A stretch of DNA of 36,794 bases from Octopus sinensis (lineage: Eukaryota). The stretch's first letter is position 1, and the number at the start of each line of letters is the position of its first letter. Made by a program: the position numbers and the translations under genes. The notes under the pieces were generated by a model. That model did not search any database. It was not told where the DNA came from and saw only the letters and a program-made list of their open reading frames with translations. Positions 22,704 through 36,053 of the stretch are shown here, piece after piece. Location of the stretch: NCBI RefSeq assembly GCF_006345805.1, contig NW_021836866.1:1-36794 (forward strand), in the 5' to 3' direction.

Positions 22704-23230
22704 GGCAGTGGCTCTCATGGCTTCTGATCTTAACTGATTGGAAGTGTTATCATGTACATTGTTTTGTCTTGGTATAAAAGATGGGCTACAGCAAATATTC
22801 TGCTCAATACCACAGATTTGCGTGTCAGTTGTTTGACCTTAACCAGTTGAGCATGTCCCTTAGTGGCTGACGATATGTACATCTCTGGTCACAAGCAGAA
22901 GTAGTGGGGGAGCATCATAGCTGTGTGTTGAGAGGGAGTTATTTGGGGTTTGAATAATTCACCTCTGGAAAGATGGGTGGTTTATTCAACATCGTTAAAC
23001 AATCCTTATTCAGGGACCTTTTGTGCGGGATGGGCTACTCAACCAGACGAAAATTCTAACTGGGCCCCACCTGCAAGGTCATGTGCTGTTTATCTTGATA
23101 TGAGATCACCATGTCGCGCACATATGGTTGTGATGCATGTGCCTGGTGTACTCTTATCAGACAGGTAGTCATGATGGGTATATTGGGCTTTGTACATTTT
23201 ACCCCAGGGTCACTTTGATGGCATGCACTC
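22704..23230 (+). mobile_element. Element C: ~530-bp non-tRNA retroposon-like repeat with (AAT)n tail
   Basis: Colinear with the reverse complement of 34982-35514 over its whole length; followed by (AAT)n at 23231-23307. No convincing ORF or B-box. Confidence 0.85.
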
Positions 23231-23240
23231 AATAATAATG

Positions 23241-23307
<67 letters not shown>
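23231..23307. repeat. (AAT)n tract shared by element C (+) and SINE A (-)
   Basis: Seen directly. Confidence 0.95.
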
Positions 23308-23308
<1 letters not shown>

Positions 23309-23527
23309 CCTTTGTACTATAGACACAGGATCTGAAATTTTTGGGGAGGAGGTTATTTGATTAGATCGCCCCCCCCCCAGTGCTCAACTGGTACTTAATT
23401 TATCGACCCCGAAAGGATGACAAGCAAAGTCGATCTCGACGGAATTTGAACTCAGAACGTAAAGACGGACGAAATACCGCTAAGCATTTCGGCCGACGTG
23501 CTAACGTTTCTGCCAACTCACCGCCTT
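23306..23527 (-). mobile_element. SINE family A monomer between (AAT)n tracts
   Basis: Full head and tail; (AAT)n again at 23528-23660. Confidence 0.9.
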
Positions 23528-23531
23528 AATG

Positions 23532-23588
<57 letters not shown>

Positions 23589-24025
23589 TAATAACAACAA
23601 TAATAATAATTATGATAATAAATTTTGTAATAAAAATAATCATGACAAATAATAATAGCAAACATAATGTCAATAATGATTAAAAATCAACTACTCAATG
23701 TGAATTCTATATTTTTTCAAAATGAAACAGACTGGCATATGAAAGATTTCTTTATTTTCTTACCTTGATAAAACATTTCTCTTTTAATTGTACATTCTCC
23801 TAACTAGAACAGGCAGCAGAATGTGGAGGTAGCAATGAAAGAAAAGGAGAAGGAAAGAAAGAAAGATTTACACGTGGTATATTGTCTCTGTGGGAGAAAG
23901 AAATAAAACATCAGTAAATCTGTTGATATCAGAATAAGGCTCAAAACATAAAAACAGATGGCAAACGAATTCAATTTGTATAAAAGGATGAAAATAATAA
24001 CAACGGAATTACATGGTTGTCACAT

Positions 24026-24361
24026 TCTTTTATTCTTTTATTTGTTTCAGTCATTTGACTGCGGCCGTGCTGGGGCTCTGCCTTTTTTTAGTCGAAAAAA
24101 TCGATCCCAGTACTTATTCTTTGTAAGCCTAGTACTTATTCAATCGGGTACTTTCACCGAACCGCTAAGTTACGGGGACGTAATCACACCAATGTCGGTT
24201 GTCAAATGATGGTGGCGGAACAAACACAGACACACAAATAAAAACATACATACACACACATATATGTATGTATGTATGTGTGTATGTGTGTATGTATGTA
24301 TGTATGGATGTATGTGTGTGTGTATGTATGCATGTGTGTGTATATATATAAGTATATGTAC

Positions 24362-24427
<66 letters not shown>

Positions 24428-24640
24428 TTGCGTCTTTGTGCTTGGGCCTGTCTCCAACAAACACCTGGCAACTGGTGTTTGTTTGTTTACATCCTTCTGA
24501 TTTAAATGTTTAGAAAAAGAACCAGACTTATACTAAAAACATAAGTACTGGTGTCACTTTGTTTACTTTTAACCCCTTGAAGGTGATTCCTCAGCATGGC
24601 CGCATTCCAAAGCCTAAAACAAGTAAAAGATAAAAGATAA
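24026..24640. mobile_element. Two SINE family B 3' halves in inverted orientation around a microsatellite
   Basis: 24026-24260 is the B 3' half on the - strand; 24425-24640 is a diverged B 3' half on the + strand; (TATG)/(TA)n lies between. Confidence 0.65.
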
Positions 24641-24965
24641 GGAGGAGGAGGAGAGAAAAATCGAAGTATGGGGTAGATCGATTGAATTGATCACAGTTAT
24701 TTCACTGGTGTTTCATTTTATCGTACTTGAATTGTTGAAAGGCATAGTTGATCTCAGCGGGATTTGAACTCAGAACGCACAACGGAGAAAATACCACAAT
24801 GGAACACTGTCCTACACTTTAACGATTCAGCTAACCCATAAAAATAATGTCTTGCGTTGGCAAAGGATACAAATAATGCTGAAGGTGACGATAATGTGGG
24901 TGATGATAATGTGTGACGGAGATGGAGATTATTATGGTGAATATGATAAAGACGATGGTATTTAT

Positions 24966-25557
24966 TATTTCTACTCTTGGCAGAAGGTTTTGAAAATTTT
25001 GGTGGGGAAAGGGGATAGTCGATTACATCGACACTAGTGCATAACTAGTACTTATTTCACCGACCCCGAAAGGATAAAAAAAAAGGCTAAGTGGACCTTG
25101 GCGGAATTTGAACTCAGAAAGTAGCAGCGGACGAAATACCTATTTCTTTACTACCCACAAGGGGTTAAACACAGAGGGGACAAACAAGGACAGACAAACG
25201 GATTAAGTCGATTATATCGACCCCAGTGCGTAACTGGTACTTAATTTATGGACCCCGAAAGGATGAAAGGCAAAGTCGACCTCGGCAGAAATTGAACTCA
25301 GAACGTAGCGGCAGACGAAACACCTATTTCTTTACTACCTACAAGGGGCTAAACACAGAGAGGACAAACAAGGACAGACAAAAGGATTAAGTCGATTATA
25401 TCGACCCCAATGCGTAACTGGTACTTAATTTATCGACCCCGAAAGGATGAAAGGCAAAGTCGACCTCGACGGAATTTGAACTGAGAACGTAGCGGCAGAC
25501 GAAATACTACTAAGCATTTCTCCTGGCGTGCTAACGTTTCTGCTAGTTCACTGCCTT
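24966..25557 (-). mobile_element. SINE family A, trimeric (three B-box units, period 184 bp)
   Basis: tatttctttactacc at 25141 and 25325; head at 25557; monomer tail at ~24966. Confidence 0.9.
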
Positions 25558-25565
25558 AATAGCTA

Positions 25566-25585
25566 TTATGCTGCTGCTGCTGCTG

Positions 25586-25648
<63 letters not shown>

Positions 25649-25655
25649 GTAATAA
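25566..25655. repeat. (GCT)n to (ACT)n array
   Basis: Seen directly. Confidence 0.95.
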
Positions 25656-25663
25656 TGGTTTCA

Positions 25664-25860
25664 TATTTTGGCACTATGTTAGCACTTTTGAAGGGAGGGG
25701 AAAAGTCGGTTACGTTCATCACAGTGTTCAAGTGGTACTTATTTTATTGACCTCCTAAGGATGAAAGGTAAAGTCGATTTCAGCGGAATTTGAACTCAGA
25801 ACATACGGAGGCGGACGAAATGCTGCTCTGTATTTACCTCGGCGTACGAACGCTGACGAA
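25664..25860 (-). mobile_element. Diverged SINE family A
   Basis: gtggtacttattttattgacc...ggatgaaaggtaaagtcga...cggaatttgaactcagaac. Confidence 0.75.
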
Positions 25861-25899
25861 CGGCGTACGAACGCTGACGAACGGCGTACGAACGCTGAC
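25841..25899. repeat. 21-bp tandem repeat x2.8
   Basis: ggcgtacgaacgctgacgaac at 25841 and 25862, and partially at 25883. Confidence 0.95.
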
Positions 25900-26299
25900 T
25901 TCATATAATAACGATGGACTCTCTCGTCGAAAATGCCTGTTTTATATTATCTATACTGCCTGAATTGCGCATGACTTACCAGCAGATGTCTTGAATCTAA
26001 GAAAGTAACCAAAAACATAACGAGGCACATTGAACCAGTGAAAATATACAACGAAACAGCAGCGACGTAACTACTTGTTGTGACCCAACAGCTGTACAGG
26101 AGCATAACCAGATATTATGAATTAGCGAAAATATAGAATTGCAGAGCAACTTAACCAGATATCTTGAAACAGAAGAAGTTAGCTGGAATATGTATCCATC
26201 TAGAATATACATTTTATGCAGTTATATTAGCAGATGTGTTGAACCAAGAAGAATAACTAATGATATAAGCAGATACGTTCAACCGACGTAGCGAAAAAA

Positions 26300-26500
26300 T
26301 ATTAAGTTGGCAGATAAATTCGTTGGGTCTTTTCCATCTTATTTTAATCCTTTCCAATGTTATATGAATCAACATGAAAAATATTTTTATAGTAGTATTT
26401 TATATTTTATTTTAGCTGTTCTTTCTCTAAAAGTTTTGTTTATCGTTTTTGAAATTTGAGTAAATTTTACTTCTTTTCAGGCATATGAGGTTGAAGTGAC
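26300..26500 (+). mobile_element. Possible decayed Tc1/mariner 5' end
   Basis: TA followed by ttaagttggcagataaattcgttgggtctttt resembles mariner TIRs (TA-TTAGGTTGG...). No transposase ORF or second TIR is visible. Confidence 0.35.
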
Positions 26501-27974
26501 CAGTAGCAAGAAAAGGGCGAATTTATGTGAGAAACAGTATAACTGAACAGGAACAGTAACGAAATACCCTGAAGCGTTTGGAATATATATTCAGCCAAAC
26601 TATTTATTCTTTAAAGCAACATAAGAAGATACCTTGATCCAACGAAAATAACCAGCGACGGGACCAAATTCAGTCAACTAACGTAGCGAAATCATACAAT
26701 TGTACAGCAAAACAATCATAATAGCTGGTACTAACGAAGAAACCTATCAGGTGACGCTTAATCCGTTAGAAACAGCAGCAATTATCTCATAAATAATGTC
26801 TCGCAGTTTAGAAAAAGAACATAAGATGAAGTTCTAGATAATCCACATCTGGAGAAAGATAACAAGAAATACAAAAGACGTGTGGCCATTGCTTAAACGC
26901 TTTTCATTACAAGTGTACAAGACTGTCCTGACGTGTTTAATCCCATGCACAAGCGATTTTGAAATTCCATTTAAGAACGATTCTTCACATTGCTGCAAGG
27001 GCACACCTCTTTGGTATGATGTGTAATCATTTAAATCGATTCAAACACTGTATTTAAGTTATTAACCCCGGAGGAACAGAAGAAGACGTAAAGTCCGGTG
27101 AGATTTGACCCAAGATTGTTAAAGTTATGTAACTAATTACTTCAAGACGTTCTTTTATCCTGTTCGTCTCTTTCTGACATTCATTATGATAAAATGATAA
27201 TGATTTATTTTTCCACTGACAAAAGCTACAAAGAGTTAGGAAATCTTCCTGGAAAGTTCTCATAACATTTGGTTCAATTCTGCTAGAAATACCATCCAAA
27301 GGTCGCTTAAATAACTAGCATCTTAGAAAAAATTGAAGGATTCATTGACTTGTGTTGTCATAGATGCATTAATTCTAAAAAGAAAAGCAGGTCAGTCACG
27401 TTTTGGAACGTCTTCGATCATAGATTTCATCGAACAGCGCTGACCTGAAATTTGCCTCTATTTAACCCTCGGGTATCCTTGGAGGAATTTACGTTCTTGC
27501 AAGGCATAGGGGTTTAGAAGAAATTCTAGATACCTCACTGCGCTGTTTCCTACAACCGCAACCAACTAAAAGTGGTTCCTTCTTTTTCTCCGTCCCCATA
27601 TCCAATCACGGAGACCCTGTCAGAAAGTTCATGGGTTCTTTTGTCTTTATTTCTATAACGGAACAAAAATCAATGCCAATACCTGCAGCAATAACGGCCT
27701 CAGAGATGTCGAGTGTCCACAGTACATGTACCCGAGAAAACCTTGTGGAAAGAAACTACACTTGACGCAATATTAGAGTTTTTCGAAGAGGAAAAAAAAC
27801 GCACCTTTAATTGCATTTCTGTCATTCAATATTTCAATGGTTGAAGTAAAGTTAATAAAGGTGTAACAATGAAATGAAAAAGAGAGAAATAAAAGAGTTT
27901 CAATGATGAAAATCAAATAAAGGAGGGGACATACACGTCCGCCCATACACCTGCACACGCTCAAATTCTGCCTG

Positions 27975-28850
27975 TAACACCTATACATACCTGCATGCAT
28001 ACATACATACATACGCACGTACATACATACATACGCACGTACATTCAGGCATGCATGCATACATACATACGCACGTACATACATACATACATACGCACGT
28101 ACATTCAGGCATGCATGCATACATACGCACGTACATAGTAACAAACACACAAATTCATAGATATAAATACATACATATATACATACATACGTACACCTAT
28201 ATATACATAAATAAATGCATACATACATACTTGCATACATACATACATACATACATACATACATACATACATACATACATACATACATACATACATACAT
28301 ACATACATTCATACATAGATATATACATACATACATATACATTCATACATATACATACATATATACATACATAAATGCATAAATATATATATACATACAT
28401 GCATGCATGGACACATTCATACATACGTTCATACATACATACATACTTGCATGCATACATTCATACATACATGCATACATACATGCATAGAAGCATACAT
28501 ACATGCATACATACCTACATGCGTTCATACGTAGATGCATATATACATATATACATGTTTACATTCATACATACATGCATGCAGACATACATTCATGCAT
28601 ATATGCATACATACATATAGGCAGACATACGTACATATATACACACGTACACGAATGCATATATACATACATGCATGCAAATATATATACATACATGCAT
28701 GCAAATATACATACATACATACATACATACATACATACATACATACATACATACATACATGCATGCAAATATACATACATACATACATACATACATACAT
28801 ACATACATACATACATACATACATACATACATACATACACATACATACAT
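27975..28850. repeat. Large (CATA)n/(CATG) microsatellite field
   Basis: Seen directly. Confidence 0.95.
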
Positions 28851-28965
28851 GGAATCAGTCAAAGACGATGGAATATTGCGAGGAATTATTAACCATTAAC
28901 AGCTTCAGCAAAAAACTCATTAAGAGTTTCATATGATGACAACTATTCACCACGTACGTCTTTGG

Positions 28966-29007
<42 letters not shown>

Positions 29008-29149
29008 TTGTGCGTGCGTAAGTGTGTATCTGTCTGTGTGCGTTTGTGTGTGCATATATATGCAAATATATTCACAATGCACATATATATATATATGTAT
29101 ATGTCTGTATATATATGCATGTATAATTATGTATATGTACATATATAGA

Positions 29150-29201
29150 GTGAAGACGCATGGCTCAATGGATAGAGCGTCGAGCTTACGATCGTGAGGT
29201 T
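29150..29201 (+). mobile_element. Truncated tRNA-like SINE head (family E-like)
   Basis: gtgaagacgcatggctcaatggatagagcg...gatcgtgaggtt contains an A-box and is cut before the B-box. Confidence 0.55.
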
Positions 29202-29564
29202 ATGTTGGGGCACCGCCTTAAAATGATTAATCGGACAAATAGACCCCAGTACGTACGTTGAAGTCTGATACTTATATTCTATCGGTATCTTTTGTCGAAC
29301 CGCTATGTTATGGGGTCAAAAATAAACCAACGCCGGTTGTTAAGCGGGAGTAGTGATGGACAAACGCAAACACATACACACGCGTACACAGGCACACATA
29401 CACATATACAATGGATTTCCGCATACTTACTGTCCACCAAATTCACTCACAAAGCATTGGTCGACCGGAGACAAATAGTAGAAGACTCTCCCAAGATGCC
29501 ACGAAGTAGGACTGAACCCGTAACCAAATGGTTTCAAAGCGAAACTCTTACGCACATAGCTATG
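29202..29564 (-). mobile_element. Diverged SINE family B
   Basis: Colinear with 19631-20072, including the short internal CA-rich tract. Confidence 0.75.
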
Positions 29565-29632
29565 ATATGTACTGATCTATATTTTCCAGCTTGTCAAAAC
29601 CATATTTACCAGGGTCTCAAATATAATAGAGA

Positions 29633-30049
29633 AAGGCGGCGAGCTAGTAGAATCGTTAGCACGCCGGGCGAAATGCTTAGTGGTATTTCGTCTGCCGCTA
29701 CGTTCTGAGTTCAAATTCTGCTGAGGTCGACTTTGCCTTTTATCCTTTAGGGGTCGATTAAATAAGTACCATTTACGCACTGGAGTCGATATAATCGACT
29801 TAATCCGTTTGTCTGTCCTTGTTTGTTCCCACTGTGTTTAGTCCCTTGTGGGTAGTAAAGAAATAGGTATTTCGTCTGCTGTTATGTTCTGAGTTCAAAT
29901 TCAGCCGAGGTCGACTTTGCCTTTTATCCTTTCGGGGTCGATTAAATAAGTACCATTTATGCACTGGAGTCGATATAATCGACTTAATCCGTTTGTCTGT
30001 CCTTGTTTGACCCCTCTATGTCTATCCCCTTCTGGATATTAAAGAAATA
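29633..30049 (+). mobile_element. SINE family A, multimeric (two 184-bp modules, ending in the linker)
   Basis: gtatttcg at 29683 and 29867; intact head aaggcggcgagctagtagaatcg. Confidence 0.9.
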
Positions 30050-30495
30050 AAATATAATATAGTACGAATTTATCCTAATCTACTTGAAGACAAACGAGAT
30101 ACGTTTGATAATGTCTATAATGTACTGCATGATCATGAGCGGGTGGTTGGAGTTTTGTTGTAATAATATTTGCCACTTTTATCTTCTAATATCTAATATT
30201 ATTGTAACCTTAAACCTCTATCGTGACGTCTGTTTAATATACAATTATAGAGTAAATTTTAAATCAAATCCTAAAAAAAATTAACGAAAACATGTTGATA
30301 AGTGTTGTGATCATTTGTATAACTTATGTCCGTTCATGTTACTGTGTCAAGCGAGAAAGTTGCTGCTGTAAAAACCTATACGAGAGAATCTCCGAAACAG
30401 TCCGTGTGGGATTTATAATCCAACTAAGTCTGAAATCTCTGCTCCGCCATAACTTACCATAGATATAGTGTTTGCTTGTGTATTTCTTAACCTAA

Positions 30496-30499
<4 letters not shown>

Positions 30500-30542
<43 letters not shown>

Positions 30543-30725
30543 ATATATATGTATATATAAGACTATACATATGTGTAAGTCTATACATGTGTGTATATAT
30601 ATATATCTAATGCATATATATTGTGTGTATGTTTGTTTGTGAGCATGTGTGTGTATATTTAGCTGTGTGTGCGTATGTGTCTATATCAATGTATATATGT
30701 TGTGTGTTTTAATGTTTGAGCCCAC

Positions 30726-30786
<61 letters not shown>

Positions 30787-30836
30787 ATCTATCTATCTAT
30801 CTATCTTATCTATCTATCTATATCTATCTATCATAA

Positions 30837-30878
<42 letters not shown>

Positions 30879-30911
30879 ATAAATGTATATATATATATAT
30901 ATATATAAATG

Positions 30912-30960
<49 letters not shown>

Positions 30961-31082
30961 CGTCGTGTGTGTCTGTGTACATATATATATATATACACGT
31001 TATGCATACACACGTACACACAAACACAACAACACACACACACACACACACACACACACGTACAAACAAATACATACACATA
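30500..31082. repeat. Mixed (TA)/(ATCT)/(CA) microsatellite field
   Basis: Seen directly. Confidence 0.9.
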
Positions 31083-31849
31083 GGTAAAGCCAGCAAAGCG
31101 TAAAAGCTTAATTCTGCCGTGATCTAAGCCATGAAAGATGAGGTGAGATTTGAAACTGTGACACGAGTAACAAGTAAGTCGTCGTTCAGTTGTTTTCTGT
31201 GTTGTTATGTGTGTTCAGGTCGAAGAAAAACAAAGAGAAATGTTTTCTGCAGCGTGAGACGTCAAAGACAATTGAAGAAATCTGTGTTTATAAGCGAAGG
31301 GTATTCAATGACCCAGAATTACTGAGCAAGTTCTTCTGCTGTTTGTGTGTGGCTATGGAAGTGTTTGTGTGTTCGCGTGCGTGTATGTGTGTGTCTGTGT
31401 GTGTCTTTGTGTGTGAGGGTTTTCTTCGTAGAATGACTATATGTGAGTGTGTAATATTGGTGGGAACTAACGGCTCCACCATCGTCACTAGAAACAGTAG
31501 CAGCAGCAGTAGTAGCAGCAGTAGCGACAACAAAGACGAGAAGGACGAGGGCGAAGTCGAGGGCAAGGATAAGAACGTCGGGAAGGAGAACAAGATGGAG
31601 GCACGACAAAAACGAATGAACCAAACGAAATGCTGCAGTAAAAATAAACTCGTTGGTGGATGAAGTGAAACAGGCAATAACAGTAAAAGACGAAAGTCAA
31701 ACGACAACAACAAGAGCAACAACGACAACAATAACAACCATGACAGCAGCAGCAGCAACGACAACATGAATATTCTAAGATGGAGACCGACTCAAACAGC
31801 AGACGATACGTATAACGCATATAAGCAAACGTGGGAAAGCAACTTGTAT

Positions 31850-32064
31850 ACATACACGCGTGCATACATATACTCATATACATACGAGCATATGCATCTA
31901 TCTTTCTATCAAACAGTCTATGTATGTGTGTATGCAAGTATGTATGCATATATCTAACAATATGTCTGTCTGTCTGTCTCTCTATGTATGTATGTATGTA
32001 TGTATGTATGTATGTATGTATGTATGTATGTATGTATGTATGTATGCATGTATGTGTGTATGCC

Positions 32065-32152
<88 letters not shown>

Positions 32153-32765
32153 CTACCCGTGTGTCTGTCTGTGTATCTATCTATTTGTCTAACTTTGTGA
32201 ATAAATATATATATGTGTGTATGTGTATATGTATATATATATATCACGTGATATATATATATATCATATTATATCATATATATATTTAAATTATATTATA
32301 TTATACATATATAATCTATGTACATATACACACACACGCACACACACACATAGTATATGTATGTCTATATATATATATATACATAGGAGACCAAAGGTGT
32401 AGGGACGCTTGTTTATATATATATATATATGCATGAATCACGTGTTCATACATACGTAGATAACTAAATATATACACTCACATATATACATTTATACATT
32501 GTATTGATATATACGCATATATCTATACATATGCATACATTCATATATATGCATGCATATACATATATACATGTTGTTTGTATGTATATATATATTTATA
32601 TATGCACTTATGTACATATATATATATATGTGTGTGTGTATACATGTATATACCCACATACACACATATTCTTACGTATGAGCAGATACACATACTTCTA
32701 TGCATAATGATGCCATGTCGCGTTCAGAAGAAAAACATGTATATATATATATTTATATCTATCTA

Positions 32766-32821
<56 letters not shown>

Positions 32822-32994
32822 CTATCTATCTATCTATCTATCTATCTACCTATCTACTATCTATCTATCTATATATATATAATATATATATATATAACAT
32901 ACATAAATATATACACACACACATAGATTATATAGATATATATATATGTTTATACACATTCATCTGTACATATATATGTATATATATACATTTA

Positions 32995-33040
<46 letters not shown>

Positions 33041-33070
33041 CGTATATATGTAGATGTAGATATATATACA

Positions 33071-33101
<31 letters not shown>

Positions 33102-33582
33102 TGTGCACGCGCACTCATGCAGTCGCAATACACACACGCACACATACACACGCATATATACATATGCACTTTAGAGGTATATGCCTGTAATAGCAAACGA
33201 CTAATTCACGAAAACAAAACGTTAGAAATAGCAGTAGAGTTTTGAAGATCAGGCAGACATTTTTAGATTAAAGATGATCCTAATCCGTAGAGAAGATTTC
33301 TGTGATTGCTTATTGATCTGTGATTGAAGTAGTGAGAACCAAGCAAAGAAGATCACAGACCGATTTTTCTACCTTCCTGAATGCAGTTCTTGGATGTGTA
33401 TATGCATATATTTATGCATGTATGTATGTATGTATGTATGTATGTATGTATGTATGTATGTATGTATGTATGTATGTATGCATGTATGCTTACATACATG
33501 CATGTTTCTATGCATGTATGTTACATCATGGCACGTGTTTTTGCGTGTGTGTTTGTCTACGGCGTAGGTGTATAAAAGCGTG

Positions 33583-33614
<32 letters not shown>

Positions 33615-33758
33615 CATATATCCATATATTATATGCATTGTATATATATATGTGTGTGCATATATATATACATGAATATAATGTAAACATACATATATAC
33701 ATACATGGACATACATACAAACTATATATAATATATAGACATATATATTATAGGTATT

Positions 33759-33805
<47 letters not shown>

Positions 33806-33860
33806 ATATATATTATATATATATATTTTAATACATATAAATGCATACATATGGTACATA

Positions 33861-33929
<69 letters not shown>

Positions 33930-34006
33930 CTCTCTCTCTCACTCTCTCTCTCTATATATATACATACATACATTTATAGAGCTATACACATATAGAAGTG
34001 TATGCT

Positions 34007-34037
<31 letters not shown>

Positions 34038-34165
34038 GCATATATATACATATATATATAAATGCATATATGCAGACATATGGAATTGTATGCTTACATA
34101 TATTTATATATGTGTGGGTATATGTATTAGTGTGTGTATGTGTATGTGTGTTTTGTGTATATAGA
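31850..34165. repeat. Extended (TATG)/(ATCT)/(TA) microsatellite fields with short unique spacers
   Basis: Seen directly. Confidence 0.9.
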
Positions 34166-34343
34166 TGTATAATATATATTTCTAGTCGACAGAATTTACA
34201 AGGTCACCGAAGGACAGGGGGATTCTTGCAAAGATCGATAAATGCCAGGCATGAAACCCTCGGGGTTTAAAAATAATGATTATGCCTTAGTCTGAGCTCA
34301 GTCTATACTCCTTTCTTTTATAATCTTTTAATATATATATATA

Positions 34344-34384
<41 letters not shown>

Positions 34385-34474
34385 CATATATAATTGTACA
34401 CATACATTATATACACACACAATACTTGTTCACTTGTTCATGGCTTAACAGCGCGAAGCAGTGATGTCTGTATA

Positions 34475-34710
34475 TGCAAACTTGTTACCAGTTCAAATAT
34501 GCCTGAAGTATACTCAGACCCGTAAGAAACGTATTCACTCCATTTTGTTGTGAAGAAAAGTCACACCGACTCAGTTCGCACTGTTCTCTATCCAGACTGG
34601 TGGACGCATAAATTTCGGAGAGGTTATCTCCTCTTCAGCATCTCCCCTTCAGCATACTGTGACTGGTTTCGCTAATCGGCGGTTAATTGTAACACACACA
34701 AGTTAAAACA
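34475..34710. mobile_element. Second, more decayed copy of MITE-like family F
   Basis: gttaccagttcaaatatgc...agaaa...attttgt(t/c)gtg...cagttcgca is shared with 2301-2405, and cctcttcag and ggtttc recur in the same order. Confidence 0.6.
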
Positions 34711-34745
34711 AACGGTGTATCTAACTGATGCACTTTAAAATTAAT

Positions 34746-34829
34746 GCGGCGAGCTGGTAGAATCCTTAATGCGCCGGACGAGATGTTTAGCGGCATTTCA
34801 CCCGTCGATACGTTCTGAGTTCAAATCTC
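34746..34829 (+). mobile_element. SINE family A head only
   Basis: gcggcgagctggtagaatcc...cgttctgagttcaaatctc. Confidence 0.75.
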
Positions 34830-34981
34830 GTAAAACCCCTTATTTTTCGAGCACCATCCGGAGTATTCGAGCAGTTCCAACCAATGCTGTTTTCTGCAAG
34901 TGCTTTACCCTTATTGCAGCCCCTATTTGTTCCATGTGCTTCTTTACTCACTTTATTATTATTATTATTATTATTATTATT

Positions 34982-35524
34982 GAGTGAGAGAGCAGTTCAT
35001 GCCATCAAAGTGACACTGGGGTAAAATATACGAAGCCCAATATACCTATCATGACTACCCGTCTGATAAAGGTACACTAGGCACTGCATCACAACCATAT
35101 GTGCGCGACATGGTGATCTCATATCAAAATAAACAGCACATGACCTTGCAGGTGGGGCCCAGTTTGAATTTCTTTTCAGGTTGAGTAGCCCATCCCGCTC
35201 AACGGTCCCCGAATAAGGGTTGTTTAAGGATGTTGAAAGAACCACCCATGTTTCCAGAGGTGAACTATTCAAACCCCAAAGCATCCCTCTCAACACATGG
35301 CTATGATGCTCCCCCACTACTTCTGCTCGTGATCAGAGATGCACATATCGTCAGCCCTAAGGGACATGCTCAACTGTTACGGTCAAACAACTGACAAGCA
35401 AATCTGTGGTATTGAGCAGAATATTTGTTGTAGCCATCTTTTATACCAAGACAAAACAATGTACATGATAACACTTCCAATCAGTTACGATCAGAAGCCA
35501 TGAGAGCCACTGCCTGGTACTGCA
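34982..35524 (-). mobile_element. Element C, second copy, flanked by (AAT)n on both sides
   Basis: Reverse complement of 22704-23230; (ATT)n at 34952-34981 and 35527-35610. Confidence 0.85.
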
Positions 35525-35531
35525 ATTATTC

Positions 35532-35573
<42 letters not shown>

Positions 35574-35610
35574 TATTATTATTATTATTATTATTATATT
35601 ATTATTATCA

Positions 35611-36007
35611 TTCGACAGTCTTATTTCTAATACGTGCTTTCACCGCACTATCGAGCGCCGTGGTTTGCTATGCTCTTATGGTCACTGTATTGAAAGTGTT
35701 TTACGTAGGAAATGTGCGGTACCCAATAGTGCAATTTTCTGTATATTACATGTGTTTGTAAGTCCTGGCGTTTTATGTATTTGTCTGAATATTTTTTTAT
35801 CATGCCTAAGGTACCTACTAGGATGAGAATTGTTTCTGTTTTTAGACTCCACATTCGAGTTACCTGTATTTCGAGGTCTTTGTATTTGAAAGTTTCTCCA
35901 TTTCTTTTAGAGAAACGTTGTCATCTGCTGGTATTGATACATCAAATAGAAAGCATTTTTTCCCTTGATCACCTCTGACAACTATATCCGGCTTACTGGG
36001 CTTTTAT
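35611..36007 (-). mobile_element. 5'-truncated REL-LINE (R4/Dong-like): PD-(D/E)xK endonuclease C-terminus, stop at 35684-35682, 3' UTR and (AAT)n tail
   Basis: Manual translation across two frameshifts gives KPDIVVRGDQGKKCFLFDVSIPADDNVSLKEMEKLS-YKDLEIQVTRMWSLKTETILILVGTLGMIKKYSDKYI-TPGLTNTCNIQKIALLGTAHFLRKTLSIQ*, with the PD...D...KxxKY REL motif. Confidence 0.87.
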
Positions 36008-36016
36008 CATCATCAC

Positions 36017-36053
<37 letters not shown>

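Noticed and set aside
25841-26641. CRISPR-like array
   Set aside because: The 21-bp repeat has no spacers, and the 22-nt motif is highly degenerate with irregular spacing. The context is eukaryotic and no cas genes are present.
31131-31663. ORFs 31131..31325 and 31190..31663 as exons
   Set aside because: The implied intron (45 nt) is implausibly short, and the peptides are unrecognised and run into simple repeats.
27773-34270. Many MYVC/HTYI/IYIY/YLSI-repeat ORFs (also at 12.4-13.2, 18.4-20.3 and 24.2-24.5 kb)
   Set aside because: Artefacts of (CATA)n, (TA)n and (ATCT)n tracts.
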